A stretch of DNA of 52,855 bases from Chara braunii (GCA_003427395.1 BFEA01000015.1:2518846-2571700); one strand, 5' to 3'. Counted from the stretch's first letter, positions 1-11,753 are shown. Numbers and translations: made by a program. Notes: generated by a model from the letters alone, not told the origin.

Positions 1-50
<50 letters not shown>

Positions 51-181
51 AACACAAAAACACACATACACACACGGGCGCGCACGCTCGCCCTTTTTCC
101 GGTTGGAAAACGAAATGTGGCGTTTACGAAGGGAGGAGGGTGAACGGAGGAGGCAGGAATGGAGGAGGGATGGTGATGGTG

Positions 182-228
<47 letters not shown>

Positions 229-567
229 AAGCAGTTCGAAGGTCGACAGGCGGAGAGGAGAAAAAAAGAAAGTCCACTGGTCTTCGAGCGGCGAACGTTA
301 GCGGGGGGAGCAGCGAGCCGGTGGGGGGAGTATGGTGATGGGCAGGAAGAGTTTGGGTGCTGGGGACGTTGGTTGGAGGTGAGAAAGAGAGAGAAAGACT
401 CACTTGAGTGAGCCATGTCGACAAAGTCTCCAACCAACAAAGCACAAGCCTTCGGCCCAGCGGTCCAAGTTCACGAAAGTAGACAAAGCCTCGAGCTCAC
501 GTAGCAGGAACCCACGTTGAAGTTCACGTAACACGAAGCACCAAGCACCGATTTCATGTACCACGTA

Positions 568-633
<66 letters not shown>
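1..633. repeat. Microsatellites (CA)n 1-73, (CT)n 183-225 and (GA)n 572-633
   Basis: Directly visible. Further tracts: ~3148-3231 (TG/GA), 4722-4760 (AAT), 12292-12344, 22156-22228 and 22521-22595 (CT), 23992-24140 (GA), 30540-30579 (TA). Confidence 0.98.
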
Positions 634-636
<3 letters not shown>

Positions 637-1020
637 CTCCAAACACGTGGCACCAATTCGTGCATAAATTCACGTAGCACGTAGAGACTAGCACCAATTC
701 ACGTTGCACCGATTCACTTAACAGCACTTCACGGTTAACGAAGCACGTAGTACGTTGCAGGCAACACGGTGCATGACGCACGTTCCACCAATCCGTTCCG
801 TCGCACCAATCCACGCAGCACAAACCACCGAGCACGCCGCACGGAACGGAACACCAACCCACGAAGCGCGTAGCACCAAAGCATGAATCACATAGCGCCA
901 AAACACGAAGCCACGGTTCAGGTAGCGCACAGAGAGAGAGGGAGAGAGAGGGGAGGTGGCGATACGGTGCGTAAGTCGAGTAGGGCACGCCGCTTAGGGC
1001 ACGCCGCAGAGGGCAGACTA

Positions 1021-1125
1021 CCATCTTCGCCCGAACATAACGCACCCTAAAAATGAATGTATAGAAGATATATTTCCAGCCAGATACCCCCAAAATGAGG
1101 GTGCGCTGTGCTCGGGGGAAGACGC
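1021..1125. mobile_element. 105-bp Tc1/mariner (pogo/Tc2-like) MITE
   Basis: Imperfect ~28-bp TIRs, CCATCTTCGCCCGAACATAACGCACCCT and AGGGTGCGCTGTGCTCGGGGGAAGACGC, with TA on both sides (1019-20, 1126-27). Confidence 0.65.
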
Positions 1126-1180
1126 TAGGTTGTTTAGGTTGTGCATGTTAGGTCGGCCAGGGCGCTACCGTTAGGTCCCA

Positions 1181-1226
1181 TGGGGCGTGGGCCGTGGGGC
1201 GTGGGGCGTGGGGCGTGGGGCGTGGG
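1181..1226 (+). repeat. (TGGGGCG)n heptamer tract with G-quadruplex potential
   Basis: About 6.5 copies giving seven G3-G4 runs. Confidence 0.85.
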
Positions 1227-1618
1227 ACGGTAGGGCGGTACTGGGCAAGGTCGTGTAGGGGGCTACGGTTAGGCTCCCTGTAGGCGGTCTCGGCACTGGC
1301 CAAGGTCGTGTAGGGGGCTACCGTTAGGTGTGTAGCGCTGTGCCGGCCCAGCACAGGTACCTTTCGCAAAACGATCTGGGTCGTTCGCGCAAAGGGCGGC
1401 CTGCATCTCAGGCAAGAAAGAAATTTGCAGCCCTTATGGTTGCCGTATGCTGCGGCCCGACATTTAATCATGAAGGTAGTCTCTTATCATGGTGTTGGAT
1501 CCTGAGTCTTTATGGTTTTGTCTTTTGTTTTCAAACTCGCTACGAAGTTGCCTTTACTGGTGCCCCTCTTATGATTCACAAATGGATTGCTTTATTTTCT
1601 CAGTTTTATAATGTTTAC

Positions 1619-2435
1619 ACCACCAGTACCTCTGTCAGTGTTGGGAAATTACAATGTACTGGTTTGTCCCCGAATAAATCGGTGGTGGGACCCAGGGTCG
1701 GCGAGTCCCATAAATCTTAGTTTTCTTCTGTCAGCGCGTAAAAGAAAAAGGGGAAACAAAAAAAAACTTATGTACTGCAATGATGTCGGGCAAGGCAATC
1801 TAGGAGGTCGTGCTCACAGTCTTCCTCTACATAATGCATCCTACAACAAAGACGATCACATTCTAAAACTTGTTGTTCTCATTTCTTATTTCTCGTTTGT
1901 TTATTATAAGTCCCCTGCCAACGAGGCAAAGCGGAATCCGTGAGTTGCACTGACTGTATTTCCTTAAGAGGATTGTAACCCTGATGTATCCATCTATTTT
2001 CACGGTCGAATCCGTGTTTTCGTTTTTTTTTTTTTTTTCTGTTTTTGAAATCTGACAATCTGAATCCGTGATCTGTTTGGGTTGTGTTCCCTCAAAGAAT
2101 TGTAACCCTCATCACACTCGCACTTAGAGGAACGTATCCAACCATTTTCACGGCCGAATCCGTGTTTCTGTTTTTTATTGGTGTGTGTGTGTTTAGAATC
2201 TGACCACTTGGCTACGGGGTTGAGATGCCCTCACTTAGGGCACAATCACGACCAGAGCATTGTTTCTTTTTCTTTTTTTTTTAGTTTCACGATTGAAACT
2301 TTTATTTTATTTGTTCTTTTTGTTTTTTCTCCCCATGAAAGTACCATAAAGAAATGGAGTGGGACCCAAGATCGGCAAACTCAGAGCGCAGTGAAATTCA
2401 GGATCAGCAAAAACAGACTCGGAGGTACTGGTGGT
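1619..2435. mobile_element. Non-autonomous TTAA-target DNA transposon (piggyBac/Kolobok-type target site), copy 1
   Basis: Perfect 14-bp TIR ACCACCAGTACCTC / GAGGTACTGGTGGT with flanks TTAC and TTAA. Internal sequence is homologous to 41620-42375. Confidence 0.85.
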
Positions 2436-2971
2436 TTAACTTCCAATCCTTTTCTTCAATTTTTTTTTTTAAGCACTGATTCGAAAAAATAATTTAACTC
2501 TGTACTGCAAGACCTCAATTGGCTATACATCCTTCTTGTATTTATGCAGGATACGTTACCAGTAATATTGGTTTTTATTTATTTATATCCGAAAAAAAAA
2601 AAAAAAACATTGCGCGTGAAATCAATGAAAGTGGGAAGCTGAAAGATCACTCTGAAAAATGAAGGGAGTGATCTTACGTTTTGTGTTTTGCACCATAATG
2701 TGACCTTTTGTGGTCCTTTCAATGCTTTCAGCCGACCGATTGACTTACAGTGAAAGCAGGGGTGCGTTGGGGAGCCGTAAGGTAGTGATTATGTTACATT
2801 TATGTTTTGTTATGTTTGTTATACACAACTCCAAGAGTGTGTGTGACGGGAGTCGTGGTGGGTGGTTTATTCACAATTTACATGGGACGCTGGACCCGTT
2901 TTCCATAGGTCTCGCTCCCCACTAATATAGACAGGAGCATTTTGTCGAAAGTCCACTAAAGGGGGATGCTC

Positions 2972-3133
2972 ATATCACCCCTCTAGTGGGCTAAAGCTAA
3001 CGTTTTGAGGGGAAAAAAAAAACAAATTTATGCGCGTGCATGTGCACCTGGATATCACCCCTCTAGTGGGTTAAAACTAACGTTTTGAGGAAAAAAAAAA
3101 AAAAATTGTGCGCGTGCATGTGCACCTGGATAT
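2972..3133. repeat. ~80-bp tandem duplication
   Basis: ATATCACCCCTCTAGTGGG...AACGTTTTGAGG(A)n...TGCGCGTGCATGTGCACCTGGAT occurs twice. Confidence 0.9.
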
Positions 3134-3149
3134 GTGAGAGTAAGTGAGT

Positions 3150-3188
<39 letters not shown>

Positions 3189-3202
3189 TGTGTGTGTGTG
3201 TT

Positions 3203-3233
<31 letters not shown>

Positions 3234-4153
3234 CATGCAACATGCAACATGTCAATGGCGGGAAGCACAAGGGCAAGTCATAACCTCGAAAAAAAAAAAA
3301 AGTAATGTCATATTCGAATAATGAGTTTTATCTTTTCGGAAGTCGAATATAAAAGGTATGTGTTGTTATCGAATATAACTCGTACGTGGTCTACTCAACA
3401 TCCCCTTCTGTTTTAGAACAGTTGGCCAACGTCATTTCAATTTCGAAATGTTCAACTCAAGGACCACGGCCTCATCGGCACCCTGCGGGCAGTTACCGCT
3501 CCTCTGCAAGCAGAACCGCCCGTTACCAATTAATTGACCTCCAAGCAAATTCACCACCCGTCCAACTACCCTTTGAACCTGAATGGATACCCCATACTAC
3601 CTAGAGCTAATCCAAAATCACTAACTCGATTCACGAGCATTGCTTTAATAACTGTTTTATTCGCTTGGAGTTGTGTAAATAAAAAATTAGTTAACAACTT
3701 TCATAACAATAATTGAATTGGAATTAATCGCTAGATAAATTATTCGCTGCAATCGTTTTGCGTGGGAGCCTCTAAAAAACATATAGGAGGTTAAGCATAA
3801 AAAAAATAATAATAATAAAACAATCCGTTTGTGAATCATAAAAGTGACACCAATCAACACAAGCTGGACACAAAGTGATATTGTTTGCTATTGATCTTAA
3901 TGGTTAATAGCTGAACGTTTTATAACATATTATTTGATATTTGGCGTGGTTTTGTTATACAATCCGCAAAATATCTATCAAATTACTTAATTCAATATTG
4001 ATATAAAATAATTAAGTACGTTTGACTTCATAATAAGTTTTTACCACGACGTTAACTTGACCTTGTATGAGTCAAATACAAATTTGATTTTTTTTTTTTA
4101 ATTAAAAAAAAACTCATTGCTTCGCACGTATTTTTTCCATCAATCAAATTCAA

Positions 4154-4224
4154 GGCTACGTAACATAAAGATAATGTATTGGACTGCAAATCCACGAATA
4201 ATGGTTCGAATCCATCCTTAGCCT
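4154..4224 (+). tRNA. trnC: Mitochondrial-type tRNA-Cys(GCA), probably a NUMT pseudogene
   Basis: GGCTACGTAACATAAAGATAATGTATTGGACTGCAAATCCACGAATAATGGTTCGAATCCATCCTTAGCCT forms a cloverleaf with GCA anticodon and resembles plant mitochondrial trnC. It has an acceptor-stem mismatch and has lost the D-loop GG. Confidence 0.8.
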
Positions 4225-4268
4225 ATTTACTCGGCAATTTAAGAAAGTTGAGTTTCTTTGATGCCGTC

Positions 4269-4312
4269 TGTCTATAAGTGAATTCGAACCACTAATACAA
4301 GGATTTCCAGTC
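4269..4312 (-). pseudogene. trnF: 3' fragment of an organellar tRNA-Phe-like gene, anticodon apparently mutated from GAA to GGA
   Basis: Reverse complement GACTGGAAATCCTTGTATTAGTGGTTCGAATTCACTTATAGACA resembles the plant mitochondrial trnF anticodon arm to acceptor; the 5' half is missing. Confidence 0.6.
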
Positions 4313-4314
4313 TG

Positions 4315-4712
4315 ATCAGTACAACGAAGGACGACGAACTTGATTCATGGGTATAAAGTACATCCCTGTTAGGCCGCAAACAACCTTAACTACCGGTACA
4401 TCCAGCTATCAGTTTTGCACCCCTTTTGGAGGTCACTCGACGTCAATTTGATTTATTTATAGTGTTGGGTCGCTGAAAATTTCATACGCGACGGTTTTTC
4501 TTTTCAGCAAGGTTGGGGCCGTGTACTGGCGGTTTAAGCGAGCAGTATCTCGCCCAACCAAAAAAAAGTCGACGCGGTCGTTAATGCGCTGTTGTTAACA
4601 GGGGTTAGGGAGGTCAGCGCAAAGTTGTTCTCAAAATCATATAAGGCAAAAGGAATAGAAAAAAAATTAAAATAAACACTATTCCTACAACTGCGTGGGT
4701 GGTCTCTTTAAG
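4315..4712 (-). other. Probable plant mitochondrial group II intron fragment, part of the same NUMT
   Basis: Adjacent to the mitochondrial tRNAs. The segment GGGGTGCAAAACTGATAGCTGGATGTACCGGTAGTTAAGGTTGTTTGCGGCC looks like mitochondrial intron sequence, but this is recognition from memory only. Confidence 0.4.
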
Positions 4713-4721
4713 AGAGAAATC

Positions 4722-4765
<44 letters not shown>

Positions 4766-5152
4766 TAATGTAAAAAAAAAATGAATCTTACATGGGCAGG
4801 GAGAACGATGCATTATCAATTTGCACATCGAGGAGAGGGGGGAAGACAGAAAGAGAAAAAAAAAAAAACGGCATTTTTGTTGCGCAGTGGTACAATAAAC
4901 GCATCGTCGCCTCTCTCTCTCTGTTGATCTTCCGACACGTGTCTGTGAAAAATAAGAATGTTTTTGTGGAATATCTCCATACGATATCATAGATCATGAA
5001 AAAAATTGACAATAGTTTTCTTGTACAGGGTGGATTGCCAAAGTTTTTCCCACCAAATATAATTTAACTTTTCAAATTTGTAGTATTTTCTGATATGGGC
5101 AAGGAAATGAACCATTTTGCTTAGAAACAATATTAAAATTGTTTGTTTACTT

Positions 5153-5232
5153 CTAGGCTACGAGTCGGGCCGCCCAGGTCACCCTATTTTTTTGGGCGGC
5201 CCGGCCGTGCAAGGACCAACGAAGGTCCCAGC

Positions 5233-5269
<37 letters not shown>

Positions 5270-5437
5270 ATATCATGCAGAAAAATAAATTGAACAATGT
5301 TTGCCTCTGGATCACATCGAAATTCTTTACCAAATTAAAAATTAAATTTTAAATTAAAAAATAATTTTTTTTTTTTACTTTTATATTTTTTTTTTGCTCG
5401 ACCAGGCAAGTGGACTCGGGCCACTCTCGTAGCCGAG
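5153..5437. mobile_element. hAT-like MITE (285 bp)
   Basis: 12-bp TIR CTAGGCTACGAG / CTCGTAGCCGAG (1 mismatch) and 8-bp TSD GTTTACTT / GCTTACTT. GC-rich subterminal sequence in an AT-rich context. Confidence 0.75.
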
Positions 5438-5819
5438 GCTTACTTTTAATTATACTATTGACTTAATTTTTCTTCTTAGTGATATAAGTTAAAATTATTA
5501 TTCTTAAAAACAATGTTCAATTGCCTGTTCACATGCAAATATATGTATCAACCCTCTTATGTGGCCACATACATTTTGTATGTATAACGTACGGAAAACA
5601 AAAATCTAAAAAAAATGTGAAAAAAAAAAATACTACATAACATTGTCTGACAAGCAATGTTTGTCTTAAGCAACAAACCAAAATTCTTATAAAAATACGA
5701 AAAACAAAGTAAAAAAAATAAAATTGTAATTAATAAACACATAATCACTGCAACGAAAATATGTCTGTGTATTCACATGTGTGTATGTGTGATCAGAAAG
5801 AACACATTTACACTATCAA

Positions 5820-5851
<32 letters not shown>

Positions 5852-8164
5852 TGACACACATGATAGAGATAAAACACATACGCTCCTGCACATTTTTTTG
5901 TTTTTTAATTGTAAATTTTCAGGGTTAAGAAATATATATGTAGGAACTACAGTTGATGTATCACCAAAAACAAATATATGTGTAGATCCTTTCACTGCAT
6001 TTGATAACTTTATATGCAAAGGAAGCAGAACAGATTTTACTACAGAGCTACAAAAAATAAGAAAATAAAAAAAATAAAAAAGTTAAATCATATAAATAAG
6101 AATTATCAATAAAAAGAACCTCTTCAGTACGTTTATTATTATTTTTTAACTAATCTATATTTTTCTCTCAATCTATCTATATATATTATTATGCATCCAC
6201 AGTAAAACGACAACTATTTGTAAAAAAACCAAAAAAATCCTTGAATTCCTAAAAGCAAAAACAAACTAATATTATATCACAAACTACCTGCCTCTTGACG
6301 ACAACCTCTCTCCTTAGCCTAACCTCCTCTCCTGACGCTAATGCTCGAAAGGCAAGTGGTAAGCTTCAAGCTCCTCTTCCGATCAACCGTCCTTCAACTT
6401 CCTTTTCCTCGCCACTCTCACTGCTTATGCAAATAACAACAATTTATACCTACACTAGAACAACATGTTCCTTATCCTACCGTAATAGAGAAACTGACTA
6501 GCCAATAATAATATCAATACATAATAATACTAGGCTTTAAATTACGAGAGCTGACCCGAGGGTGGTTAAAAACTTTCAAACCTTCACAAATTAGTAGAAA
6601 TGTTATTTAGTTAGTTATGAACTTGATAGTTGCTTCAACTTCTAAATTCATATTTATGAGACCTTTGATGTAACCGAAATCTTGTTGTGACCCGTTCTCT
6701 GTATCTCAAATTTGACTATGATCTCTACTTTTTGTGTCTAAGAACTTTCTGCCGAGTCTGAGTCTGCGGTATGTTCCTTTGACGTTATCAGAGTTCGGAT
6801 ATATGGTCAGCAAACGTTGTTGTGTTCGAGTTTGCGAACTCCTTTCGGCGCTGCAAAATGTTCCCAAGTATGGATATGTGGACTGCTTTTAGAGACTCAG
6901 TCAATTGTTTGAGTTTACAGGTTTCAACGTCTTTACTAAGTTTTAATCTTGTTTTGGTTTGTCGCCTGTTGTCTCCACATGCCCCTGTTCCTAGGTTTCT
7001 CATACCATAGTTTTTATGTTTCGGGGGTGGATTGTTTTTTAGTTTTCGAGAATCTGTATTTTTGCCACTGTTTTAACTTGAATACATCGTAGAGTCATTA
7101 TAATAGTCGTATTTGGGGCAAATTCGAGTTTAAATACAATAGTGACTACTGTACATTGTCTTTGGGTGAAGACGGTAGTTTGAGTATTTCCGCTTCTTTG
7201 GGTACTTGCCGCTCTGAGCGTGCTTTCCCGAACTGTTGTCACCGTGACTTGTTTAAAACCGCTGGAAATTATTATTTTATAACGTTTCTGTTTTCACTGG
7301 TTTCTGTGTTATCTCTACGGCTGAACTTTGAATACGAGTCTTATTCCCATATTATTTCATTTTCCCCCTACAAGTGAGGTTTGTGGGGCTTCAACGCATC
7401 AAGTTGCTGCCCCTGATTTTTTGCAGCTGAGAGCTCGATCGATTGTACCTCAAATTCTTATAGCTCAATCCGAGTTCCTAAGCTAAAAAAAAAAACTGGT
7501 GCGAGTCCTGCTACAATGTTTGTGTTCTAGCTCGTCCGACAACTCGGTGTTAAGTATGCAGAGACAAGCATATTGAGTCATGCGTCTAGTGAGATTTGCA
7601 GACTAACTCCTGCGTCTACAAGTTACTGAGTGTTGTCGAGTGTATCACAGATCGCTCCTAATCTCGACTATGCAGGATTTTTGTTGAACCTAAACCTGAT
7701 GTCTACAATAATTTCAGAGTCCGACCACGACATACAATATCCAAGTCTAATATCCGTAGACAATATCAAAGTATGATGTCCGCAAAGAATTTTCTGATTC
7801 ATCTTTCACTACTGATTGACAAATTGAGTTTGCGGGCATTTGCCAAATCGTGAGTCAATTAAGAGTTTTGGCGAGGTGATACGAAACGAAACTTTGGGAG
7901 ACTAGTTGGCTGTCATTTCTTCACCGAACACCGAGTTAGTCAAGAGTTTTCGCGGGATGAACTCTCGTCCACTACCACGTCACTTGTCGTTTCTTCACTG
8001 AGTTTGGATGCTTTGCTGTTATTAAGTACTGACGGGTTCGCAGCACCCTTCTGCCACTGAGACCCACCGACACCCTTCTGCTTGCACGATATAAAAGGAG
8101 GCACGTTATGAAAGTGGCAAAGGACATAGGGATTTTAGAGCATTTAGAACCCAAACACAGCTCC

Positions 8165-8460
8165 AGGATTCTAGAGTATTTAGAACCCCATGAAGTTCAA
8201 CATATCTTTGTTCTGTCCTTTGCCCACTCTCTGTTCATTTTTCTTCAAATCTTCAACTTATTTGCCTGTTCTTTTAATGGTACTCCATATACATTTACTA
8301 ATAGTACACAAGGAGAGGGAGGAAGGGAAGGGATCGGAGATGGAGTTCTGTAAGAAGAAAGGGGTAGGGAAGAAAGTTTAGTGGCAGAGGCAGAACATAG
8401 ATGATGAACTTCACAGGGTTCTAAATACTCACCTCTGGAGCAGTCTTAACTCTAGAATGG
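8165..8460. repeat. Imperfect inverted repeat, probable MITE or hairpin
   Basis: GAGTATTTAGAACCCCATGAAGTTCAACATATCTTTGTTCTGTCCTTTGCCCACT (8174-8228) is the approximate reverse complement of 8380-8430. Confidence 0.7.
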
Positions 8461-8823
8461 CGCAAGGGGCCAGTCACTGGGTCAGTCAGTGTTTGGGTTG
8501 CAGAATATTTGCCGTTGAGGAGCAGCGGTTGCCTGTGCCTATGGTAAGTGGCCACCTCTACACAGCGGACAGGACTGATCCGGGTGTGGAAGGTGGAAAC
8601 ACAATCAAATTCTCACAGTCACAGTTGCTGCTGCAGCGAATGGCACGGAGCTGCGTAGTGTGTGTGAGCGTCCGCAGCTCGTCCACGAGCCGCGTGCGAG
8701 TGCAGGCACAGCTCGAAGTGTGCGCCAACATTCACGATGCTTTTTCTTTTTTTTCTTTCCGTTCACGAGTTCAGCCTGCTCCTGTTTGCGATTCACTGCT
8801 TGACAGCACCTAGTGACAGCGCC

Positions 8824-9213
8824 TAGTGGAGGATTGGTTTCAACTCCCTGAATCTGAACATGTTTGCACAAAAGTTCATTCGATTGCTTATATGCATCTC
8901 TGCAAAAACACCTCCAGATTCATGCAAGGCATCCAATCATCTTGGATGCTTGGCCATCACCCCTGCTTTAAGGCAGATGCTCCCCATCCCGCTGACGCCC
9001 AACGAGGACTCCCCATCCCGCTGCCGCCCAACGAGGACACAGTCAACGCACTGCTTGACTGTCCCTAGTCCTCCTCCCCTCCAACTCACCTTCCCCTCTG
9101 CTCCCTCTACTCCACACCTCCCTTCCCACTCACCTTCCCCTCTCCTCCATCCACTCCCCCACCGCGCTGACACCCAATGAGGACAGCGTCAATTCACTGC
9201 TTAACTGCACCTA
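8824..9213 (+). repeat. Dispersed repeat; a second diverged copy lies at ~11286-11620
   Basis: Shared blocks TAGTGGRGGATTGG, ATGCATCTCYGCAAAAACA, CATCACCCCTG and GTCAATTCACTGCTTRACTGC occur on both sides of the 9214-11285 element. Confidence 0.65.
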
Positions 9214-9599
9214 ACGTCGTAAACCGAAAACAAGGTACGTACCTTGTATACAAACATAAGGTACGGGGTGCCTTCTTGTAGAACAAATTTTAGGGTGCAA
9301 CTGTCCTAAGGCAAGGGGGGAGGAAAAAAATATGAGTCAACTGACGAAACAGTTTGCCACAGCCCCTCATTTGTTGTTCTATTCTCCCTCTCTGCCTACG
9401 GTTTACCGGGCAGCTCTGTTTGACAATACATACAGTAAAGTTGAGTAAACATTAGTAAACAATATCACAAATAGAATACAACTCTCACGAGGCGCAACTG
9501 TTTTTTTTTTTTTTTTTTTAAAGAAACACCCCAAGTAGCAACTGTTTGAAACAACCTCCCATAAGTAGCTCACTACGTCAAAAAAAAAAAGGCAAAAAG

Positions 9600-10576
9600 A
9601 AATAACCACAGACCCGGACACCGGACACTTCAGGACTGTCTTCCGGACTAGTGTCTGGACCGGTCTGGACTGTCCGCTGTTCCGGACACCACAGGACACC
9701 TGGACATCACTGGACGTGGAGAGTCTGGACCCGTGTCAGGGGGTGCAAATTGTCTGGACCAAAAAAAAAAAAAAAAAACAAGNNNNNNNNNNNNNNNNNN
9801 NNNNNNNNNNNNNNNNNNNNNNNNNNNNNNNNNNNNNNNNNNNNNCATTAATCAAGAAAAGGTCCAAAGGACCAAAAGTCAAGAGGGGGGTGGGTGGGTG
9901 GGTGGATGGGGGTGTTGGCAGGCACTTACCTGCTTGGCAATTTGTAGTTCAGGCAGCAGAGCACCTGTCTTGCAGCAAATCAACAAGCACATTCAACTAG
10001 CAGACATGCAGAGTCGCAAGCAGTGTAAAGCAGGCACAAGACTAAGGAAACAGAGGGAAAAAAAAAAGAAAAAAGCGTGATTAACTCTGAAGTTTGAACT
10101 TTGAATTAACTACAATTAAGTAATTTAAGTTCATAACTTCATAGAACTTAAAGTTTTAACTTTGAAAAAAAAAAAAAAAAAAAAGTTTTAACTTTGCAGG
10201 TCAAATAAGAACGTCAAGAGTCTTCAGACTGGCAGCACTGTCAGTGCTCTCTCTCTCTCCAATGGGCAGCGGTGGCAGGCAGCATGTCAAAACCGCCGCT
10301 TTGAAATTGCTTGGGCCTGTGTGAAACCCGCCACCCCAAAAACCTGCAGTGTCTTGTGTCCGGACGTCTTGGCCCTGTCCCGTGGGGTGGGGTGAATCAA
10401 CACTGAAAAATCACCTCGTTATTTTTTTAAGGGTGGCCAGGACCCGAAAAACATCCTGGGCCGCCCCGTTTTTTTTTTTTTTGCCGTGGGGGCCTCCATC
10501 CAGACATCATGGATCGGACACCGGACCCCGACATGTTGTTCCGGACTGTCTGGAACCCGGACGTCGGTTACAATGC
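9600..10576. mobile_element. Possible nested hAT-like non-autonomous element with CCGGAC/CTGGAC subterminal repeats
   Basis: Dense YGGAC motif clusters at 9610-9760 and 10355-10563. TIR and TSD are only partly recognisable. Confidence 0.45.
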
Positions 10577-10950
10577 CACTACCTCTCCCATATTCCCACC
10601 GACACGATGACACTTTGGCAGAAGCTCAGCAGGCGATGGATGATGCTATGGCTCACATGCAATTGCCTGTACTTGAGGCTACTTTTAGTCTTGATATGGG
10701 CGGGACGAATGACCAGCATGTATATGGACTGGGTCGCTGTGTGGTGCTACCACAAGTCCCCTACTTACACAGGCGAACATGGCGCGCATTGACTGCTACC
10801 AGAACGGGGCTGTGAAGTTCTCTTCTTTTTCTTTGAAAATGAACACACCGATTCCACAGCGGCGTGAAGTTCTACAGCTCGCACGTAGACTTTAGAGTCT
10901 GCAGGGTACCTTCTAATCGGAACAGACGAGGCACACCTCGAATACAATGC

Positions 10951-11158
10951 CCGTACCTTGTATTCGAATACAAGATCCCTACCTTGTATTCGAATACAAG
11001 ATCCCTACCTTGTATTCGAATACAAGATCCGTACCTTGCATTCGAATACAAGATCCGTACCTTGTATTCGAATACAAGATCCGTACCTTGCATTCGAATA
11101 CAAGATCCGTACCTTGTATTCGAATACAAGATCCGTACCTTGTATTCGAATACAAGGT
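10951..11158. repeat. Minisatellite of 8 x 26 bp (CCGTACCTTGTATTCGAATACAAGAT), each unit holding an 18-bp palindrome
   Basis: Units start at 10951, 10977, 11003, 11029, 11055, 11081, 11107 and 11133. The core CTTGTATTCGAATACAAG is self-complementary. There are no spacers. Confidence 0.95.
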
Positions 11159-11753
11159 AAATACAAGGCACATACCTTGTATTCGAGGGTACGTTCTATT
11201 CAAAATTTCGCACTTATTTCTAAGAACCCGTTTTTTGGAGGTAACTTGAATACACGGTACGTACTTTGTTTTCTGGTTAAGACGGTAGTGGGGGGATTGG
11301 ATTGAATGTCTCAATCTGAAACGTGTTTGTGCGAACATTCATTCAACTACATCTATGCATCTCCGCAAAAACATGTCCATAGACATGTCCGATTCATGCG
11401 AGTCATCACCCCTGTTTTTTACACCGGACCTCCTCTCCTCCCGCTTACCCTCCCCTCCCCTCCCCACCCCACCAACGCCCATTGACTAAGGGTCAATTCA
11501 CTGCTCCACTGCCCCACTGGGATAGAGGTGGTGGGCAATGATTGCTGCAAGGTAGCCCCTTAGTGTGCCCGACAATGGCCATTGACGACAGAGTCAATTC
11601 ACTGCTTGACTGCCCCACTGGGAGAGAGTGTGCCCCACGCGCAGATTCTTCTACTTTGCATTGAAAATGAAGTGCTCGAGGGGGTTGTGATTGACCGGGA
11701 CCGGGAACAAAAGACATGAAAAAAAAAAAAGCACACTCAATACCAACGTCTTC

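Larger units (their letters stand above)
9214..11285. mobile_element. Non-autonomous Tc1/mariner-like element with a nested insertion and an expanded subterminal array
   Basis: ~35-bp imperfect TIRs (ACGTCGTAAACCGAAAACAAGGTACGTACCTTGTA versus TACACGGTACGTACTTTGTTTTCTGGTTAAGACGG), with TA on both sides. Confidence 0.6.

Noticed and set aside
8640-8730. Minus-strand HTSSCAC..SWTSCGRSHT resembling an hAT dimerisation motif
   Set aside because: It needs a frameshift and is too short to support without a profile search.
10951-11158. CRISPR-like appearance of palindromic repeats
   Set aside because: The units are head-to-tail with no spacers, there are no cas genes, and the context is a eukaryotic transposon.
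9208-11290. CACTA element reading (CACCTA...TAGTG ends)
   Set aside because: The 3-bp flanks (CTG / GGG) do not match. A TA-flanked boundary at 9214-11285 fits better, and TAGTG belongs to the adjacent repeat.
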